Source: an uncultured Bacteroidales bacterium
GTDB taxonomy: Bacteria > Bacteroidota > Bacteroidia > Bacteroidales > JAADJA01
NCBI GenBank assembly: GCA_963761195.1
Contig: CAVXGA010000012.1
Location: 96,082 to 160,081, forward strand
Length of the DNA stretch: 64,000 nucleotides
Direction of reading: 5' to 3'
A program made the position numbers and the translations under genes. The first letter of the stretch is position 1; every line of letters starts with the position of its first letter. Below the pieces are notes generated by a model. It saw nothing but the letters and a program-made list of their open reading frames with translations, was not told the origin of the DNA and made no database searches. Below, piece after piece: positions 57,023 to 64,000 of the stretch.

Positions 57023-58297
57023 ATGAAAAGAAATTTACTATTTCCCTTGACCAAAATAATGGCCGCATTTGGATTGTACATCTTACTCAGTGCATTTATA
57101 AACGCAGAAACAAAGAAACCCAAATCAACTGCCGGAGGTCTTTTGACATTCACCATACGGACAGTTACCGACAATGGCACTTATTCACCCAAGCATGTAT
57201 TAGCCATTTGGATTGAAGATGCCGGCGGGTTTGTTAAAACCAGGAAAGCAATGGCAAACCAGCGTAAACAATACCTATATACCTGGAAAACCGCGTCGAA
57301 TTATAATGTTGTTGATGCAATTACAGGTGTTACATTAACAAGTCATCAAACCCATACGGTTACCTGGAACTGTACCGATCTTTCGGGAAATATTGTTCCC
57401 GACGGAGATTATTCGGTTTGGGTGGAGTTTACGGATAAACATTCTCAGGGGCCTTTGTATAACCTTACGTTCACTAAAGGTACTCAGGCGCAATCGATGA
57501 CGCCGGCTGATGAAACCTATTTTAAAGACATTCAACTCGATTTTGTACCTTATGTCGCAGATTTCGATTCAGATACAACTGAAATCTGCCAGAATGGAAC
57601 AGTTACTTTTACAGATCAGTCAATCGGTGCAACATCCTGGTCATGGAATTTTGGTTCGGGCGCCTCGCCTGCTTCTGCATTAACAGCGGGTCCGCATAAT
57701 GTAATCTATTCCTCGCCAGGTCAAAAAACTGTAACCTTAACTATTAATGGTTCTGTTACTGAAACAAAGCTCAACATGATAACCGTCAATCCTTCACCTA
57801 CCGCAGAATTTTACTTTTCCGTTTCCGGATTCACTGCGGAGTTTTCGAACAACTCATCAAATGCATCGTCCTATTTGTGGGATTTCGGTGATGGAAATTC
57901 AAGTACTGAAATTAACCCTATGCACATTTATGCAGACGCCGGAATATATCAGGTTTCTTTAACAGCTACCTTTATAAGTTGCGATGATGTTGTATATCAT
58001 GATGTTTCTGTCCCTATTGTGGGGATTAGCAAACAGATAGTTGACAATCCTGCAACAGTTTTATTCTATCCGAATCCATCAACCGGATATATCAACATCA
58101 ACATAAATCAGAAAGATTTAAGCCCGGTGAAATTGACCGTATTTAATTCAATCGGTAAAATAATTCAAACAACCACGGAAAAAACTGATTTAACTGAAAT
58201 TATTAATCTTGATATTTCCGATCAACCAAAAGGGATCTACTTTATCAAACTCGAAAGCGCAAGCCTGAATACAAGCCAAAAAATCATGATTTATTAG
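57023..58297 (+). CDS. T9SS-secreted protein with two PKD domains and a DUF2271-like N-terminal domain
   Basis: WSWNFGSGASP and YLWDFGDGNSS are the PKD cores. The T9SS CTD shows LFYPNPSTGYININ...GIYFIKLES. Confidence 0.7.
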   Translation: MKRNLLFPLTKIMAAFGLYILLSAFINAETKKPKSTAGGLLTFTIRTVTDNGTYSPKHVLAIWIEDAGGFVKTRKAMANQRKQYLYTWKTASNYNVVDAITGVTLTSHQTHTVTWNCTDLSGNIVPDGDYSVWVEFTDKHSQGPLYNLTFTKGTQAQSMTPADETYFKDIQLDFVPYVADFDSDTTEICQNGTVTFTDQSIGATSWSWNFGSGASPASALTAGPHNVIYSSPGQKTVTLTINGSVTETKLNMITVNPSPTAEFYFSVSGFTAEFSNNSSNASSYLWDFGDGNSSTEINPMHIYADAGIYQVSLTATFISCDDVVYHDVSVPIVGISKQIVDNPATVLFYPNPSTGYINININQKDLSPVKLTVFNSIGKIIQTTTEKTDLTEIINLDISDQPKGIYFIKLESASLNTSQKIMIY

Positions 58298-58600
58298 GAA
58301 GCGTTTTCCATTATAATGGGGATTATTCAATCCAAAACTCTATTAATCTGCTTTTAGTACGAATTCTGATGATTGGATAATTGGAATTCACAGCAGAACT
58401 GGTGAACAGAAGGTTTCGGCAAGAAATTTCCGGATAGAAGAATCGCACTTATATCTTATAAAAATAAAGAGATTCACTACAATTAGCATTTTGAATTTTC
58501 GGACTTTCAATCCGCCGAAACTTGAAATATTTTTGTTACCGTAAATGATTTTTGGCTTTGAAACCTTGGAGAATAGTTATGCCTATAAAAATATAAAGTA

Positions 58601-58628
58601 AAAAGAGAGAAATTAATTTCTCTCTTTT
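58601..58628. terminator. Perfect 14-bp palindrome AAAAGAGAGAAATT/AATTTCTCTCTTTT between convergent genes (bidirectional terminator)
   Basis: Read directly from the sequence. Flanked by A and T runs on both sides. Confidence 0.65.
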
Positions 58629-58701
58629 CACTGTTATGGATTAAATAAATTGCGATCAAATGCTTAAACTAAACCGCAATTATTAATAGAAAATCGTTTC
58701 C

Positions 58702-59235
58702 TTATTTCTTTACCATTGGATCAGGATGCGCAATTAATGCTTTCTTTTCTTCGAAATTAAATGGTTTGTCAAACGGGTTTTCTTTATTATGACATTTTTC
58801 ACAAACTTTCTGATCCGGAACAATCATTCCTTTTGTCTTGGCTAATGCAAGATCCTTCATGATGGTATTTGTTTTATATGCACTTCCCGGACCGTGGCAA
58901 GATTCGCAGGAGACACCTTCAGCTATTGTTATTCCTGCCATCTGGCTATCCTTTAGACTCCCTGCTGTAGAATGGCATTTTATGCAACTGGCTTCTTTGG
59001 TTGGATCTGCAATGTTATGTGCTTTTGCATAAGCTAACGATTTCTCATTGCTCAACGTTTTCATTGCGTTGGCATGCAAACTTTCCGACCAAATTTTATA
59101 CTGTTGACCCGTAGCAGGTTTGTTGTGGCAAATTTTACACTTTGCGGCACCAACATACTGGAAGTCTTGTGCTAAAAGAACGCTACCGCTGATAAACACC
59201 AGACCCAGAATTAGAAATAGATTTTTACTTTTCAT
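58702..59235 (-). CDS. Periplasmic tetraheme cytochrome c (cytochrome c554-like family)
   Basis: Signal peptide and four CXXCH sites: CKICH, CIKCH, CESCH, CEKCH. Confidence 0.8.
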   Translation of the reverse strand: MKSKNLFLILGLVFISGSVLLAQDFQYVGAAKCKICHNKPATGQQYKIWSESLHANAMKTLSNEKSLAYAKAHNIADPTKEASCIKCHSTAGSLKDSQMAGITIAEGVSCESCHGPGSAYKTNTIMKDLALAKTKGMIVPDQKVCEKCHNKENPFDKPFNFEEKKALIAHPDPMVKK

Positions 59236-59666
59236 ACATTTTAAATTTTAAGTTAAGTTACTTTTTTGTGCATTTTGAAATGCTAAATAAGTCAATTTTT
59301 AAATTCGATATATTTTTTACACTTTAAAATTAGTAACGTTAAGTCTTTTTTACAGAACAAAGATCGGGAAATATTTAACAATTAACATACCAATATACAA
59401 TTCTTTCAAAGAAAAAATTAATCTATTCAATTAACTTTACAAGACCATGAGAATTTGTAAAATTACAAAATAAATCAATGCGATCATGTAGAATAAATTT
59501 TCCCGATTTGCGAGTATATTAAGCACTTATCCAATTTGTTTTTAAGAATTTCAAATTAAGATCATCGAAGAAAATCTGTATTAAATTCAGTTTAGCCTGC
59601 TAAATTATAAAACTTTTGAATACTTATTTAAATATATACAGTATAACATATTTTTAAAAATAGTAC

Positions 59667-59692
59667 ACGTTTACCCTAAAAAGGGTAAACGT
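59667..59692. promoter_or_regulatory. Perfect 11-bp inverted repeat ACGTTTACCCT-aaaa-AGGGTAAACGT in the divergent cytochrome intergenic region
   Basis: Read directly from the sequence. Lies 86-111 nt upstream of the ATG at 59778. No + strand gene upstream that it could terminate. Confidence 0.5.
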
Positions 59693-59777
59693 ATTTTAGA
59701 ATCTATATAAATTAATAGTCAAGTATATATATTATTTATTATTTTAATAATTTCGGCAAGTTTTATCAGGATTTTGA

Positions 59778-62577
59778 ATGAAAAATAAAAATTTTAAAAT
59801 TAACAGAAGCTTTGTACTTCTCATTTACATAGCATTTTTTTTATCGTCAAACACAATTTTCGCTCAGTCGAATGATGATTGTCTTGCGTGTCACGAAGAT
59901 CCCGACCTGACCGCAGTGATACAGGGTAAAACAGTTTCCGTGTTTGTCAACAAATCCATATTGGCTAATTCAGTGCATAAAGATGTATTGTGTGCCTCCT
60001 GCCATCCCGATGCCCTGGTTGAAGAATTTCCTCATCCGGAAGAATTGAAACCGGTGAATTGTGGCAGTTGTCATGAAATACCTGAACAGCAATTTGAAAA
60101 AGGAATTCACGGGCAGGCACTGCAATTAAAAGCATTGTACGCACCAAATTGCAAAGAATGTCATGGTACGCACAACATTTTAGCTTCATCGTCCCCTAAA
60201 TCGAGGACTTATAAAATGAATATTCCAGTATTGTGTGGTAAATGCCACCGTGAAGGTGCCCCTGTGCAAAGAACATACAATATTAATGAACATAACATCC
60301 TCGAAAATTACAGTCAAAGTATTCATGGTGAAGGATTGTTTAAAAAAGGCTTGATCGTATCGGCAACCTGTAATGATTGTCATGGAAATCATTTAATATT
60401 ACCGCATACCAGTCCGAATTCGACAATTTCAGTCAATAATATTGCAAGTACATGCATGAAATGCCATGCAGAAATTGAGAAGGTTCATACTAAAATTATC
60501 AAAAAAGAGCTCTGGGAAAAAGAACCGGGTGCGATTCCGGCCTGTACTGATTGCCATCTTCCCCACAAGGTGGATGTTCAAAATATAGTTATAACGATTT
60601 CTGACCAAGCATGCTTGAAATGCCATGATCAGGTTGGTGTTCACAAAACCGTAAACGATTCTGTCATTTCTTTAAGGGTGACCAAAGATGACATTTCAAA
60701 TTCTGTTCATAAAAATATCCCCTGTGTAAAATGTCATTCAGATGTATCAACGCATTTGAAGCGTCCCTGCGAAACTGCCGGAAAAGTTGATTGCTCAAAT
60801 TGCCATGCTGATATTTCCAATATATATAATGAAAGCGGACATGGCCAAGCCTATTTTAGAAAAGATAAAAATGCTCCCTATTGCACAGATTGTCATGGAA
60901 CGCATAAGGTGAAATCGAGGTATGATGATACCAGTCCTACGTACAGAAGTGCCATTCCTACCCTTTGTGGTAAATGTCATAGAAAAAATGGGAAAGCTGT
61001 TGAAAATACTTCGTTAAAAGAAGTGGATGCTTTTCGCGATTATTCGTCAAGTGTACACGGCAGAGGATTAACAGAAAAGGGATTGTTGCCGAGTGCCGTA
61101 TGTACAGATTGTCACACGACGCATTACATTTTAAAAGAATCCGATGAACGTTCTTCCGTCAATCCTAAAAATATTCCCGCAACATGTGCTAAATGCCACA
61201 AGGGTATCTATAATGATTATATCAGCGGTGACCATTCCATACTGAAAGATGATAAAAAGCATAAATTTCCGACCTGTGCCGACTGTCATACAGCACATGG
61301 AATAACTGAAATTACCGAGGATAAATTCATGAATGAAGTCACACACCAGTGCGGCACTTGTCATGAAGAAGTTTCTAAAACATATATGGAAACGTACCAT
61401 GGTAAAGCTTACCAACTGGGTTATTTAAAAGCGGCGAAATGCTCAGACTGTCATGGCGCGCATAAAATTTATGATGTAAACAATCCGAAATCATCAGTTG
61501 GATCTCAAAATATTGTTGAAACCTGCAAAAAATGTCATCCGGATGCGAATAAGAGGTTTACGGGATATTTAACACATGCAACCCATCACAACAAAACCAA
61601 ATACCCAGTGTTGTATTTTACATTTTGGGGGATGACCGCGTTGCTGGTGGGGGTTTTCGGATTTTTCGGAATCCACCTGTTGCTATGGTTACCACGATCG
61701 ATACAAACGGTAAGGAAACGTAAACAGTTACGTGAATCCATTGGAGATAAATATTATATTCGACGGTTTACAAGAGGTCAACGCATAACCCATATTTTCG
61801 TTATTTTAAGCTTCATCATGCTTGCACTAACAGGTATGATGCTGAAGTTTGCCGGTATGGAATGGGCCAGCAGGTTAGCTGGTTTATTAGGAGGTGTAAA
61901 TATTGCCGGAAATATTCATCGCTTTGCGGCATTTATCACATTTGGCTATTTTACATTTCATATTACATCACTGATCCAGATGAAGGTTAAGCAACATATA
62001 CCTATTTGGAAATTCATTTTCGGAAAGAATTCATTAATGTTCACAAAACAGGATCTGCTTGATTTCAGGGATACAATAAAATGGTTCTTAGGCAGAGGCG
62101 TCCGTCCTGAATATGGTCGATGGACTTACTGGGAAAAATTTGATTATTTCGCTGTATTTTGGGGAGTCGCCGTGATAGGCTTTTCAGGATTAATTCTATG
62201 GTTCCCGGAATTTTTTACAAAATTATTTCCTGGCTGGCTAATAAATGTTGCGATGATCATACACAGTGATGAAGCTTTGCTTGCAGTAGGATTCATCTTC
62301 ACCATACACTTTTTTAACACGCACCTCCGTCCGGATGCGTTCCCAATGGATACCGTAATTTTTACCGGAACCGTTCCATTTCGAAGAATATAAGCTTGAT
62401 CGGCCCCGTGAATATGAAGAATTAAAAAGATCAGGCCGACTGAAAAAAGTGATTATTAAACTGGAAGAAAAAAACAAATGGGAGAAAGTTATCAAAGTTT
62501 TTGGTTATTTTTTCCTAACTGTAGGTCTTTCTCTGGTTGTATTGATTATTTATTCCATGCTATTTGGATATAAATAA
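59778..62577 (+). pseudogene. 19-heme cytochrome c fused to a FdnI/HydC-type membrane cytochrome b domain (CbcL-like quinol oxidoreductase). A single frameshift at about 62382 truncates the last roughly 60 aa
   Basis: 19 CXXCH sites counted between aa 35 and 587. The C-terminal region has about 5 TM helices with conserved His ([26 protein letters not shown]). After VPF, skipping c62382 restores [20 protein letters not shown] plus a final TM, ending at the TAA at 62575-62577. Confidence 0.8.
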
Positions 62578-63090
62578 AGACCTTTCATAAAAGAGCGTAC
62601 TGTTCATCTATGCTTTCCTTTTATAAATCTTCTAATCAGCATTCATCATCTTGATTATTGGTTAAGTGTGTTTTGTTTTAATGGCAAATACTTTCCTAAT
62701 CTAAAATTCTACAAGTATTTTAAGGATAACCAGCATTATCAGAACATTCTACCAAATAATTGTCCGTTAGTTTAACTTAAATCTTTACTTGTTAGGGTAA
62801 AACAGTTGAAATTTATTAGCAAAAAAGCTGCATTATATCATTATAATAACAGTTTTATATCATAGTATCTGCATTGTCCATATGTATGTATATATCTACA
62901 TTTATGCCAATTTAAAATAAACACAATTGTAATATGTTCGTACATTTAATTAACTCATTTCTTTGTTTGCGGCGCTTATTACTTTCGGGGTTTTTATATT
63001 GCAGAGTGACTGCCAATTATCACTATAATTAAAGTATCAAAATAGCGACAGTTAATCACAGGAACTATTTATTTGAAAGATAAATTTACT

Positions 63091-63690
63091 ATGAAACATA
63101 AAAATCACACAAGTCCATTAGTACCGGTTATTTTATTCGTGTTTCTCTTTGTTCTGCTTTGGGGTTGCAGTAATAATAAAAAATCAGAATCCATTGAAAC
63201 CAAAGATGAAATTGCTCAGGTAAATATTGCAAAAGATGAATCTTCCGACGCTTTTAAAGATAACGAAATTGCAATAGAAGCACCCCCTTTCACAGATGGT
63301 ATATTTCCCTGTAATGATTGTCATTCAGATCAGGTACCTAATCCGGTAAGAAGAAAATTGGTTGATATGCACGATGATATTGATGCGATATTTAACCACG
63401 ATAGTGAAAACCGCTGGTGCCTTGACTGCCATGATTTGAATCAGCGGGATTCTTTAAAACTTGCCAGTGGAAAACGCATAGGATTTGACGAATCGTACAA
63501 ATTATGCGGACAATGTCATGGAGATAAATTAAGAGATTGGAAAGTGGGGGTTCATGGAAAACGGACAGGTGAATGGAATGGGAAAAAACAATATCTTTTA
63601 TGCGTGCATTGCCATAATCCGCATTCGCCTAAATTTAAACCCTTAAAGCCGCTACCTCCTCCGGTACGGCAGGAAGATATTCATAAATAA
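63091..63690 (+). CDS. Tetraheme c-type cytochrome lipoprotein (cytochrome c3/NrfB-like)
   Basis: Lipobox LLWGC and four CXXCH sites: CNDCH, CLDCH, CGQCH, CVHCH. Confidence 0.75.
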   Translation: MKHKNHTSPLVPVILFVFLFVLLWGCSNNKKSESIETKDEIAQVNIAKDESSDAFKDNEIAIEAPPFTDGIFPCNDCHSDQVPNPVRRKLVDMHDDIDAIFNHDSENRWCLDCHDLNQRDSLKLASGKRIGFDESYKLCGQCHGDKLRDWKVGVHGKRTGEWNGKKQYLLCVHCHNPHSPKFKPLKPLPPPVRQEDIHK

Positions 63691-63704
63691 TTTGTTAAAA
63701 ATCA

Positions 63705-63953
63705 ATGATAATTATGCAGAAAACTGATACTGATTCAAGAAGAGATTTCTTAAAAAAGATACCTTTTGCACTTGCATCAATTAGTGCTTTTTCGCTTTTT
63801 AGATTTAAAAAATCGAATCATAATTCTGAATTAAAATTTAACACATTATCTAAGTCTGAAGCCGATGAAATTATTAAAAATGAAGAGTTTCCGGCCTCGA
63901 CTTACCTTAATCCGGCAGCGGCGCCTGTCGCAGAAAAAAATTTAAAGGGGTAA
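63705..63953 (+). CDS. Small protein with a twin-arginine (Tat) signal
   Basis: SRRDFLKKIPFALASISAF. Only 82 aa and contains no Cys. A new ORF (MQEKE...) opens at 63986 and runs off the window. Confidence 0.45.
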   Translation: MIIMQKTDTDSRRDFLKKIPFALASISAFSLFRFKKSNHNSELKFNTLSKSEADEIIKNEEFPASTYLNPAAAPVAEKNLKG

Positions 63954-64000
63954 TTTTAAAACTGTTGACTTCAATTTTGTAACATATGCAAGAAAAAGAA

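Overview
AT-rich chromosomal segment that reads as Bacteroidota. Supporting signs are T9SS C-terminal sorting domains on two secreted proteins, TAnnTTTG -7 promoter boxes, an S46 dipeptidyl-peptidase, and many OmpA/TPR envelope proteins. Housekeeping genes present are dnaX (partial), fbaA, fumC, folD, ffh, queE, prmC, tRNA-Arg(CCG) and tRNA-His(GTG). Four blocks stand out among them. (1) A small accessory islet at about 5.1-9.5 kb holds a RelB-like antitoxin beside a decayed RelE/ParE toxin, an intact MNT/HepT pair, and an HTH/coiled-coil gene behind an exact 21-bp-period iteron array. It also carries a conserved GTT-TGT-AAC stem-loop just 3' of two modules. (2) At about 9.7-20.1 kb, a set of stress-type genes is preceded by five copies of one fixed 43-nt element plus a third box at fixed distance. 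The genes are three lmo0937-like mini membrane proteins missed by the ORF track, two CsbD-like proteins, an SPFH protein, an OmpA lipoprotein, a beta-barrel OMP and a GH130-GT4-GH130 cluster. I consider this the best candidate for an undescribed regulon or system. (3) At 44.2-56.6 kb lies a molybdenum-hydroxylase block: xdhC-xdhA-xdhB, mocA-like, a CDF transporter, a YgfK-like flavoprotein and two fold-type-II PLP enzymes. (4) At 58.7-64.0 kb lies a multiheme cytochrome locus. Its core is a 19-CXXCH cytochrome c fused to a FdnI/HydC-type membrane cytochrome b domain (CbcL-like). Many conserved genes carry single-base frameshifts or an in-frame stop, so either the assembly is error-prone or the lineage is decaying. 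No rRNA, CRISPR array, transposase or integrase was seen.
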